From IMG/VR virus record IMGVR_UViG_3300031414_000029: a stretch of 53,718 bases of DNA; one strand, given 5' to 3'. Shown in pieces: positions 37,767-45,509 of this stretch. Numbering within the stretch: the stretch's first letter is position 1; each line of letters opens with the position of its first letter. The notes beneath the pieces were generated by a model that saw nothing but the letters and a program-made list of their open reading frames with translations, was not told where the DNA came from and searched no databases. Source of the DNA: a virus. The position numbers and the translations under genes were made by a program.

Positions 37767-38132
37767 ATGTCTACAACTCAGAAGCAGTACGATGACACTA
37801 ACACAGGCATCATCGGCAAAAACGACTACAAACAGAAAGAAACTCATCCTGACCAGCGCGGACGTGTAAACGTTGCCGGTATCTGGTATTGGGTTTCTGG
37901 CTGGGATAAGAACGCTGGCGGTCGTCAGTTTACTTCTCTGGCATTCACCGAAATGACTCAGGATGAAGTTGACAAAATGATGGCGAAACGTGCTGAAAAG
38001 CAAGCGCCACAGCAGCGTCCACAACAGCAGCAACAGCAGCAGGCTCCTCAGCAGTCAGCCCCTCAGCAGCAAACTCCACCGACTCAGAACAACGAGCCGC
38101 CAATGGACTTTGATGACGACATTCCATTCTAA
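37767..38132 (+). CDS. Small protein carrying a copy of the host SSB linker and C-terminal tip (...APQQSAP...NNEPPMDFDDDIPF)
   Basis: The last residues, EPPMDFDDDIPF, are identical to the E. coli SSB C-terminus as I recall it. A Gln/Pro-rich linker precedes them. The ~75-aa N-terminal domain is not a canonical SSB OB fold. Confidence 0.7.
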   Translation: MSTTQKQYDDTNTGIIGKNDYKQKETHPDQRGRVNVAGIWYWVSGWDKNAGGRQFTSLAFTEMTQDEVDKMMAKRAEKQAPQQRPQQQQQQQAPQQSAPQQQTPPTQNNEPPMDFDDDIPF

Positions 38133-38566
38133 TGGAAGAAACAGAATCCATCGAAGCCCGACTCATTGAGAAGGGCGATGTTATTTTCGTGGAGAATAAG
38201 TGGATGATGGTTGTCAGCACTTGGACAAATCCACGTTCTCCGTATAACAGAATCGGTGTGGTTGATGAAGGAAAGGGAATGAAAGATATTCCCTTATCCT
38301 TAAAACTGTACCTGACAACAAGGTATTATCGTAAAACTATGCAGCCTACAAAGCAACTGCATTTCTCGTCAGCTGTTGAAGAAATGGTTTCTCTTCAAAT
38401 TGCAATAGAGGAATACGATAAGGCAAATAATTTGCCTGAAAAGGTGAAACTGGAAAACACTAACTTCGAAGTAGAAGCTGTTATTATCCAGCGTCAGTGT
38501 CATGAGAAAATGATGGCCTCATTCAATCGTCTGAAGAACGCAATCAACGCGGTTCAAAAGCCGTGA
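38132..38566 (+). CDS. Hypothetical protein
   Basis: ORF track; taATG overlap. Confidence 0.55.
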   Translation: MEETESIEARLIEKGDVIFVENKWMMVVSTWTNPRSPYNRIGVVDEGKGMKDIPLSLKLYLTTRYYRKTMQPTKQLHFSSAVEEMVSLQIAIEEYDKANNLPEKVKLENTNFEVEAVIIQRQCHEKMMASFNRLKNAINAVQKP

Positions 38567-38644
38567 AAGTAATTCCACCAGCATTAGCTGTTATACTCTG
38601 GCTGTCTGTGTTGGTGTTTTGCTACTCACAAGGCTGGAGGTAAT

Positions 38645-38812
38645 ATGAACAAAGAACTTCCAAAGTTCCATGCCCCATTCGACTGGTCTAAGTTCAACTT
38701 TGAGAAACTGGAGCTAGACTTACTTGCAACAGTTCCCGAAGGTCGTAACCCGAAAGAATGGTTTGAAGAGCAATATCTTAACCGACCTGTTTCATTCGAA
38801 CCACAGAAGTAG
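38645..38812 (+). CDS. Hypothetical 55-aa protein
   Basis: TGGAGGTAATATG context; below the ORF-track cut-off. Confidence 0.45.
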   Translation: MNKELPKFHAPFDWSKFNFEKLELDLLATVPEGRNPKEWFEEQYLNRPVSFEPQK

Positions 38813-38876
38813 CAGTTAAAGTTTCGATGCTTTTATCTCCGATAGGAGCATCTATAATTTTAATTGGAGGTGTAAT

Positions 38877-39041
38877 TTGAAAATTAACGATAAAGTTTCG
38901 ATTACAAGTTACGCCGACTTAATCCAGATTGTTGCATTTGGAGAAGACGAAGGCATTGTAGCCGACTTGTCACCAGAAGATGCTCTAAAATTAGCAGCAC
39001 TTCTAACTCATCATGCAACCAGAATTTTGCTGGAGGTGTAA
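38877..39041 (+). CDS. Hypothetical 54-aa protein (TTG start)
   Basis: Preceded by TGGAGGTGTAATTTG. The same cassette precedes the next gene. Confidence 0.4.
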   Translation: MKINDKVSITSYADLIQIVAFGEDEGIVADLSPEDALKLAALLTHHATRILLEV

Positions 39042-39042
39042 T

Positions 39043-39393
39043 TTGTATATCTATTACGAAAACTATTGTTTCAGTAATGGTTCCAAGAACTACTTTGGTC
39101 GTGCATTTTATACTCATCAGATTACAGTTCACGAGAACCAGTCTCAAGAGCAATATGAGAAACTCAAGGAGAAACATTTCCGAGATAAAGTCTCATACAG
39201 CAAAGGAGCAAAGCGTGTGTACATTCGTGTGCTGGCACGTCGAGTAAAATTCAACAGAATGCTTCCAAGTCATCCTCATTGGAATCGTTCAACTCAACCT
39301 CATTGGGCAGAAGTAAGAAACTATTTGCTCAATATCTTCTACAGGATTGACTATGAAAATGGCGATAAAATTATCGGCAATGTTTTGGATTAG
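39043..39393 (+). CDS. Hypothetical protein (start moved to TTG 39043)
   Basis: Identical TGGAGGTGTAATTTG initiation cassette. The ATG 39013 start would lie inside the previous ORF. Confidence 0.45.
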   Translation: MYIYYENYCFSNGSKNYFGRAFYTHQITVHENQSQEQYEKLKEKHFRDKVSYSKGAKRVYIRVLARRVKFNRMLPSHPHWNRSTQPHWAEVRNYLLNIFYRIDYENGDKIIGNVLD

Positions 39394-39751
39394 TGTAATT
39401 ACGGTAATCCTTTTCAGCTGTTCTCCACATCCAGTACATGCAGCCGACAAGTCAGCCACTTTCGATTGCACCGGTGAGCGAATCACCATGACCCAGAAAG
39501 GTCAGAATCCTATCATCATGTCAATTGCACGTGAGAAAGGAACTTGGATGCAGTTGCCTTTAAATGGAACTGGTCCGAAAACGTTTACACTTTTCTATAA
39601 TATCGACAGCGGCGAAGTTGCCAAAGTCGGGAAGAACTATGCTGGCGTCTATCATATCGAGTTCTTCAAAGATGTTGATTACGCCAATGCCTTCAAACCA
39701 GAGAGGGTGTTAAAGTGCCAACTCGGCTTTATTCCGACATACAAGCCTTAA
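39353..39751 (+). CDS. Secreted protein or lipoprotein candidate
   Basis: Signal-like MKMAIKLSAMFWISVITVILFSCSPHPVHAAD (possible LFSC lipobox or VHA-A cleavage site). Confidence 0.5.
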   Translation: MKMAIKLSAMFWISVITVILFSCSPHPVHAADKSATFDCTGERITMTQKGQNPIIMSIAREKGTWMQLPLNGTGPKTFTLFYNIDSGEVAKVGKNYAGVYHIEFFKDVDYANAFKPERVLKCQLGFIPTYKP

Positions 39752-39909
39752 TCACTAAACTGAATTACAACCACCTCGTAAGAGGAACTGTAGTTGCAGA
39801 CGGTGGCGGCGAACTACGGGTGGAGTTAGAACTTTCAGCTGACGAATTGTTAGCAATACTCCACCAGCGAGCAGCGAAAATCTATCATCTTGGGAGAAAT
39901 GGAAATTGA
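39715..39909 (+). CDS. Hypothetical protein (GTG start)
   Basis: ORF track. Confidence 0.4.
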   Translation: MPTRLYSDIQALITKLNYNHLVRGTVVADGGGELRVELELSADELLAILHQRAAKIYHLGRNGN

Positions 39910-40154
39910 GTGGACAGCACACCAGTTTTCAAATTGACAACGTAAACTATCAACTGAGTTCGGATTGCATTCAAGCACTCTGGCCTCGTTTGGTTGACAA
40001 AGTTGCGCGTCATTTGGAACGTATCGGCAAATTTGCCGCTGCGGATATGTACGGTCACAGCGCGACAGCGCGAGGCTATACAACCATCAACAAGCAGTTA
40101 ATCAAATATGATTTAACTGTGAACCCAAAAGGATTGCAGATTGCAACTAAGTGA
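39906..40154 (+). CDS. Hypothetical protein (TTG start)
   Basis: ORF track. Confidence 0.4.
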   Translation: MSGQHTSFQIDNVNYQLSSDCIQALWPRLVDKVARHLERIGKFAAADMYGHSATARGYTTINKQLIKYDLTVNPKGLQIATK

Positions 40155-40422
40155 TTTGGAACCAACAATCGCAAAACTACAGGCAACTGTAGCTGACGAA
40201 GATATTGTGTTGGACAGCCTTCGTAAAATTATCGAAGGCTCTGGTAACAAAGCTGTTGAAGATGTGTTCTTCACGAAATCAAGCAAGTGGTTGAAGCTTT
40301 CAGCTCCAGCTATCCTGTCTGTGATTTCAAGTCAACGCGATGCTGACCAGGCGCAGTTAGAACAATATCAGGCACTGTACAAACAGTTGCAGGATATGTT
40401 GAGTGGAGCTGTGAATCCATGA
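40141..40422 (+). CDS. Hypothetical protein (TTG start)
   Basis: ORF track. Confidence 0.4.
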   Translation: MQLSDLEPTIAKLQATVADEDIVLDSLRKIIEGSGNKAVEDVFFTKSSKWLKLSAPAILSVISSQRDADQAQLEQYQALYKQLQDMLSGAVNP

Positions 40423-40817
40423 GCAATGTAAAACTCAGCAAAGCAAGTCAGGAAAAGCTGAACGCTGTTCGCGGCGACCTGAAAAATGTGTTCAACGAAG
40501 CAGCCAAAACGCTGCCATTCGATGTAACCATTATCGAAGGCTATCGCACCAAAGAGCGTCAGCAGGAACTATTTAACAAGGGTGCCACCAAGGTTCTGAC
40601 AAGCCGCCATATGTCCGGCAACGCTCTGGACATTGCTCCGTATCCAATCGACTGGAACGATACCGCACGTTTCGTTACGCTGGCGCATCACATGTTTGCA
40701 GCAGCTAAGAAACTCGGCGTCACCATTCGTTGGGGCGGTAACTGGTCGCGTATTGATGAACTTCAAGCGCCACCAAGTTCATTTGTGGATATGCCACACT
40801 TCGAACTTCCTGCATAA
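40419..40817 (+). CDS. Peptidase M15 (VanY / L-alanyl-D-glutamate peptidase-type) cell-wall hydrolase
   Basis: GYRTKERQQELF...SRHMSGNALDIAP...RWGGNW...DMPHFEL (H..D..H zinc ligand pattern). Confidence 0.8.
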   Translation: MSNVKLSKASQEKLNAVRGDLKNVFNEAAKTLPFDVTIIEGYRTKERQQELFNKGATKVLTSRHMSGNALDIAPYPIDWNDTARFVTLAHHMFAAAKKLGVTIRWGGNWSRIDELQAPPSSFVDMPHFELPA

Positions 40818-40829
40818 ATAGGTAAATCC

Positions 40830-41360
40830 ATGTCTCCAAGTGAAATAAAAAGCCAGATTGAGCGGGCAACAAACATCCGTAACCTCTGTGTCCGATTTAA
40901 TAATTTCGAGGCATGGATTGATGCGGATGAATATGCAGATACCATCAGTATGGCTGATTTTCTGGAATTCCATTGCGATTTGACAGAAGAACAGGCCAAA
41001 AATCTCGTTGATGGTGACTTCATATTTGTTCACGCAGAAGGTTTGGCTGCAAAATTCATTAAAAATGATTGCTTCGATAAATTGGGCTATGAAAACGCCT
41101 CAATCTTTGCTTTAAATAGCTCAGATGAAGCGGCGATAGCCGGATTAAGTATTGGGATTGACCCAAACAAACTGTCAGATGCATATGTCGGGCAATATGA
41201 TAATTTCGAAGCATTTGTTGAAGAACGCTGGGACGAACAGAACCCAGAACTTCCTGAATATATCAGAAGGTACATCAGCTATGAAGCAATCGCGACAGAT
41301 TGGAAAGCGTGCGGAGACTTCTCAGAAGTCGATGGCTATGTCTTTGCCAATACAGCCTGA
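40830..41360 (+). CDS. ArdA-like antirestriction protein (DNA mimic)
   Basis: Acidic protein. The C-terminus ELPEYIRRYISYEAIATDWKACGDFSEVDGYVF parallels the ArdA pattern P..L..YIDY.A...DL...G.F....G..F. Confidence 0.55.
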   Translation: MSPSEIKSQIERATNIRNLCVRFNNFEAWIDADEYADTISMADFLEFHCDLTEEQAKNLVDGDFIFVHAEGLAAKFIKNDCFDKLGYENASIFALNSSDEAAIAGLSIGIDPNKLSDAYVGQYDNFEAFVEERWDEQNPELPEYIRRYISYEAIATDWKACGDFSEVDGYVFANTA

Positions 41361-41631
41361 AAAATGGGTTGGTGGTGAGATTATTTATCACCAAGACCGG
41401 CAGCACTATTATCAAACCATCAACAAAGTCACTATTAAGTGTCGCGACAACAATGGTGATGTTAGCTGGTGCGATGGTTGGAATTATGTTCGCGTGTCTG
41501 ACCTTTACGGCAATCAAACTTGCTTTGAAATTGATTGTGACCCGGATAAATTCCAAATGTTCTGCCGACCAAACGAATTCTTTGACTCGAATTGGATTCA
41601 AATTGGATTCGGGAATCGGCCGCTGCTTTAA
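41332..41631 (+). CDS. Hypothetical Cys-rich protein (start moved to ATG 41332)
   Basis: The 41152 start lies inside the ArdA-like gene. Confidence 0.45.
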   Translation: MAMSLPIQPEKWVGGEIIYHQDRQHYYQTINKVTIKCRDNNGDVSWCDGWNYVRVSDLYGNQTCFEIDCDPDKFQMFCRPNEFFDSNWIQIGFGNRPLL

Positions 41632-41817
41632 TTTTGCAACAGTGTGGCGCTTCGCGCAATTGGCATTAGCTGGTTGTGGCGAGGTGCCGACTTACTTGGA
41701 ACTTTTGAGGTTTGTCTGGAACGATTACGAATCCCAATTCAACTAAGCTCGTTCCAAGCTGTTCCTTAGCTGAACCAAGCATGTTGCAGTGTTCCAATTA
41801 ACGTCAAATGCATTATA

Positions 41818-41834
41818 CAGTTTGTGACAAAACC
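41818..41834 (+). promoter_or_regulatory. Promoter-like motif copy CAGTTTGTGACAAAACC
   Basis: Shares the TTGTGACA core with the 33.3-33.7 kb array. Confidence 0.35.
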
Positions 41835-42069
41835 TTGTCCAACAGCGATTTACGGTAGATTTGGTATGATTAACCACTTTTTCCGATTAACCAGTAAAAC
41901 AGGTAATACCGTTGTGAAACTATCGGTAAAACAGATTAGTCACAAAGTCTGTTTCACGATGGCGTCATAACCATCAAACACTACTCAATTAATTCATCTG
42001 ACAAGACGTGAGATAAAATTAAAAGAAGTCGTGACTACATAGGTGAACGAAACTTATTATTAATTTAAT

Positions 42070-42440
42070 GAGCTACATATGGGGTGTATTCGTTTACCGG
42101 TTTGTGCCAGGAATAAGCGAGCTGCTAGGGCTGATAATTTCGGGCGACCGGCGCTTATTTCCGACATTCTCGCAAGCCAGCGGCACGGTGCCGCGTTGTA
42201 ACATTAGTTGGATGTGGTTGTATCGGGTAGGGCATAGGGCCAGCCGCGAGCGATTAATGAGCCATACGGGTATGCCCGGTTTGAGGCTACACGCCGATGT
42301 GCAGGCTTTTTGTCCTACCCAATGCAATCATGCAACATACCTTAACAAACGCCTGTGTGTGCGGAGCATCCAGCATACAGCGGGTTTCGGAGCGGCCTTG
42401 CCACCAGCGGAGGCCAGCAGTATTGTCACATCATTCATTT
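42070..42440 (+). ncRNA. G+C-rich structured island (candidate ncRNA or long structured leader of the 42456 operon)
   Basis: Long-range helices: GGAATAAGCG 42110-42119 with CGCTTATTTCC 42152-42162; GGGCATA 42230-42236 with TATGCCC 42271-42277; GGGTAGG 42225-42231 with CCTACCC 42314-42320; GNRA hairpin CGG-GCGA-CCG 42141-42150. The only ORF has rare codons, no RBS and junk-like composition. Confidence 0.45.
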
Positions 42441-42455
42441 TGAAAAGAGAAATCT

Positions 42456-42761
42456 ATGTCAAAGAAATCAGTCAAACAGCGCGCTTTGTGTTGTAAGTTC
42501 CTTATGGATGATGGTGATATTTATCATTACGTCCGTATCGGTGGTCGTTGGTATTACAACGGTCGCAAGAGTCTTGAACTTAATAAAGTTCAGGCAACCG
42601 AATCAGGTTTCTGGTTGGATAATTATGTTTACATGCTGACCAGAAACAGTGCGTATACATTCCGTGAAATGGTTAATGCTGCTTCTATTCACAACGGTAG
42701 CAAGAAGCCTAAACTTATTTCTTATATCCGTGAATGGCTTCCAACGGGAGATACAGCATGA
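42456..42761 (+). CDS. Hypothetical protein
   Basis: AGAGAAATCTATG initiation context (the same 13-mer precedes 47889). Confidence 0.55.
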   Translation: MSKKSVKQRALCCKFLMDDGDIYHYVRIGGRWYYNGRKSLELNKVQATESGFWLDNYVYMLTRNSAYTFREMVNAASIHNGSKKPKLISYIREWLPTGDTA

Positions 42762-42973
42762 AATACGGTAAAGTTGTTTTACCAAACGGTGACATACTCT
42801 GCGAAGGGTACGATGCTGAACAGCTCGATGAATTAATCGACGGCTGGAAAACAAACGCCGAGTCAATTGGTTCTGACCTGTACGATATGACAGGCGATTT
42901 AGCAATTGGTCCGCAAATCATGACAGACCTGTTAAATCGGGTTAAAGAACTGGAGGCCAAACTTGGCTCGTAA
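42758..42973 (+). CDS. Hypothetical acidic protein (start moved to ATG 42758)
   Basis: ATGA overlap with the upstream stop. Confidence 0.5.
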   Translation: MKYGKVVLPNGDILCEGYDAEQLDELIDGWKTNAESIGSDLYDMTGDLAIGPQIMTDLLNRVKELEAKLGS

Positions 42974-43304
42974 AACCTTAAAGAAGAAGCTCCAACATAA
43001 AGTGCGCGTTCAGCGTCAGGTGTTGGGACTTCAACATGAACTATTAGCCGTAGAGCATGAGAAAGCAGGTCTTACAATTAACTACGAACTGCAAGCAATG
43101 CAGTCTGTAGCAATGGCGCACGGCCTGATGGTAGGTCTGACCGAAGTTAAAAACCACTTCGATATTGAAAGTGATGCTGGTAAAGCTGGCTTCGAATCAT
43201 ACCAGCAGTTGGCTCAAAGCCGTATTGCACAGTGTGTTGTTCAGTTAATGGGTATGGGCTTGTCTCAGGACGAAGCGAACAAACGTATTTTACAGGGGCA
43301 TTAA
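42963..43304 (+). CDS. Hypothetical protein (TTG start)
   Basis: ORF track. Confidence 0.45.
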   Translation: MARKTLKKKLQHKVRVQRQVLGLQHELLAVEHEKAGLTINYELQAMQSVAMAHGLMVGLTEVKNHFDIESDAGKAGFESYQQLAQSRIAQCVVQLMGMGLSQDEANKRILQGH

Positions 43305-43305
43305 T

Positions 43306-43593
43306 ATGGCCCGTAAAAAGCAACCAGCATTTACGGAAGTGGAGTTGAAATATCTCTCTGCTTCTTTAATGGCTTCATGCCTTCGGAACAACGTTCTGCT
43401 GTTAGTTGATTCTGGAGCTGACGCATCGCCAGAAATTGGTAAGATTATTATGCACCTTGCGAAAGGTTCAAACATCTACCACAAAGAAGCGATGCAAATC
43501 TCTGAAACACTATACCTCAACGCTGTGTCTGATATAGCCGCAGCCGAAAGATTAGAGTTGTTGGAGAACATCATCAATGGCGAAAGCAAATGA
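43306..43593 (+). CDS. Hypothetical protein
   Basis: ORF track. Confidence 0.5.
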   Translation: MARKKQPAFTEVELKYLSASLMASCLRNNVLLLVDSGADASPEIGKIIMHLAKGSNIYHKEAMQISETLYLNAVSDIAAAERLELLENIINGESK

Positions 43594-44254
43594 ACAAGAC
43601 CGCATCATAGCACTTGAAACCATTAAAATGTGGTTAGAAGAGCATGATGCCGTTTATCTTGCAAAAGAAAACATCGTACTTCACTGGCAACACTTCTCGC
43701 CTGAATCAAAGAAAGGTGAGTGGGTTAAATTAAAACCAGCCGAAGCAAGTCGAATCATTAAGGCCACACGCGCCGGGTTCGATGCGATGAAGTTGATTAA
43801 ACTCGACCTCATTATGCAGGCCGCGCAGGAAACAGAACGTGTCTATAAACAAGCTGTTTATTCTCGTTCCAACGTTCCTGACGAATATTTCAACTTATGC
43901 CGTAACCAGCATTTTAACCGCATGGAACTTCTGACTCTCTGCATGTTGCAGGAATTAGTTGGTCGTGGGTGGAATGTTGAAGCAGTGTGTCTTGGTAAGC
44001 TGATGGCCTCAGTATTTCAGCATCAAGGATTCGTCATTCCAAACCGAACCATTCGGTGGAAATATCTGCGAGCGGTATCAGATGAAGCTGGTATGCTAAT
44101 TCGTGACAGGAAAGACCGCTTAACCGTAACAGGTGTTGGCCGGTTTGTTTGCCTGCAAATCGAAGGCATTACCGATTCAATCAAAACGGAATTCACAGTT
44201 GATGAATGGCAGAGTCTTCTGCTTGAAATCGCTGTACGTTTCTCGAAAACATAA
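43577..44254 (+). CDS. Hypothetical 225-aa protein
   Basis: ORF track. Confidence 0.55.
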   Translation: MAKANEQDRIIALETIKMWLEEHDAVYLAKENIVLHWQHFSPESKKGEWVKLKPAEASRIIKATRAGFDAMKLIKLDLIMQAAQETERVYKQAVYSRSNVPDEYFNLCRNQHFNRMELLTLCMLQELVGRGWNVEAVCLGKLMASVFQHQGFVIPNRTIRWKYLRAVSDEAGMLIRDRKDRLTVTGVGRFVCLQIEGITDSIKTEFTVDEWQSLLLEIAVRFSKT

Positions 44255-44276
44255 TTTTTTTTAATTTTGTTTTTGT

Positions 44277-44307
44277 TTGCAATATCGGAGCAATTCTTCG
44301 GCATTAG
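44277..44307 (+). promoter_or_regulatory. 31-nt promoter-like motif TTGCAATATCGGAGCAATTCTTCGGCATTAG (sister of 32857-32887)
   Basis: Follows a T-rich tract and lies ~90 nt upstream of the strongly codon-biased gene 44400. Confidence 0.45.
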
Positions 44308-44399
44308 CTGATTGGGGAATTGTTTCAAATTAAACTCATTATTCTGATGTAAACACACAAACGTTGTGTTCATCTATCCAACAAAAGGAAATCGCCAAA

Positions 44400-44774
44400 A
44401 TGGCTAAAGTTATTCAAGTTACTCAGTACGAAGCAAACGACGGTTCACTGTTCCTGTCTGCGGCAGAAGCCGATGCGCACGATTTCAAACTGGAAAACGG
44501 TGAGAAAATCCGCGTCATGACCGAAGCGTTCCTGAACACCACCGGCGCAATCGACCGTAGCCGCAACATGCAGGCGAACGTAATCGAAGCGTTCCTGGCC
44601 TTCACTCTGCCGCGTCTGGCTGCTGGCACCGAGCTGGAAGAAGTTGAGCGTACTGTGTTCGATACTCCGAAACCGGAGAAAGTTGTGAGCGAAGGCGCTG
44701 CTGATGCTGCTGCTGATGCTGTTGCCCCGGCTGACAAAGTTGAAGGCGAAGACGCTCCAGCACCACTGTTCTAA
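44400..44774 (+). CDS. Abundant-looking acidic protein ending ...EGEDAPAPLF (start moved to ATG 44400)
   Basis: AAGGAAATCGCCAAAATG context. ctg/cgt/gaa/ggc codon bias like the capsid gene. Own promoter-like motif and terminator. Confidence 0.65.
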   Translation: MAKVIQVTQYEANDGSLFLSAAEADAHDFKLENGEKIRVMTEAFLNTTGAIDRSRNMQANVIEAFLAFTLPRLAAGTELEEVERTVFDTPKPEKVVSEGAADAAADAVAPADKVEGEDAPAPLF

Positions 44775-44807
44775 TCTGATCTGACCGGCGTCTGATAAGC
44801 GCGGCGT

Positions 44808-44835
44808 AAACCCGATGTTGTATTCGGGTTTATTT
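44808..44835 (+). terminator. Rho-independent terminator
   Basis: AAACCCGA-N8-TCGGGTTT followed by ATTT. Confidence 0.75.
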
Positions 44836-45509
44836 AATATCCGGAATCCCATTCTGCCAACCACAGGCCAAATTGCCCGAGAGTTGAGAGTGGGCTTCTG
44901 GATGATTTGAATAGCACAATATTCAGGACGAGCATGCACACAGAAATCTGGAATTTTATTATGGCCTGAGAAACCATCGTATGTCCAAGTTTCGTGAGGA
45001 AGTGCATCTGTACTTGTGTGAAAGACGGAACAATTACTCAAATTGCCCGGACTCTTAGAGTCGTCATCCAGAAGTTTTCGTTCGTTAGAGTCGATTATTT
45101 TTACTTATAAAATAAGTGCAAACGATAATGAAATGCGAGCAGCCGCTTAATTAAATTTAAGTGCTCTCCGTGGTCTTTCGATTCCATGTAACCAAATTCG
45201 ACGCAGTGGCCCGCTGTGATTAATAATGGGCACAACTTTACATTTTGAGCTGCATACTTGATTAGACGCGGGAGGATGGCCGATGCCCGTTATGTCATGG
45301 CCCAGAAGTGTGCAGCGTCAAAGTGCAAAGCAAGCACCGGAACGAAATTTTGGCGGGACTAGCCCCCCGCTGTTAAAGTAGTTCCACCTATTCGTATCAA
45401 CTTGCTTAAGGTGAGGTAGTCACTGCAAGTTCGTACAATCGACCTCGGCATGTCGTTAAACGAGCCTCAATTTCATAAGAGAGCTTTAGTGGTTCATTGT
45501 TAATTCAAT

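Noticed and set aside
42068-42496. 142-aa plus-strand ORF spanning the G+C-rich island
   Set aside because: It has no Shine-Dalgarno sequence. It is rich in codons the phage avoids (ata, agg, cgg, cta, gga) and gives a Cys/Arg/Trp/His-rich translation. It overlaps the well-supported start at 42456. I treat it as non-coding, but blastx should confirm.
44445-45041. 198-aa minus-strand ORF, the longest ORF touching the 44.8-45.7 kb block
   Set aside because: Two thirds of it is antisense to the strongly codon-biased gene 44400-44774, a typical shadow ORF. Every credible gene is on the + strand, there is no RBS, and the translation has junk-like composition.
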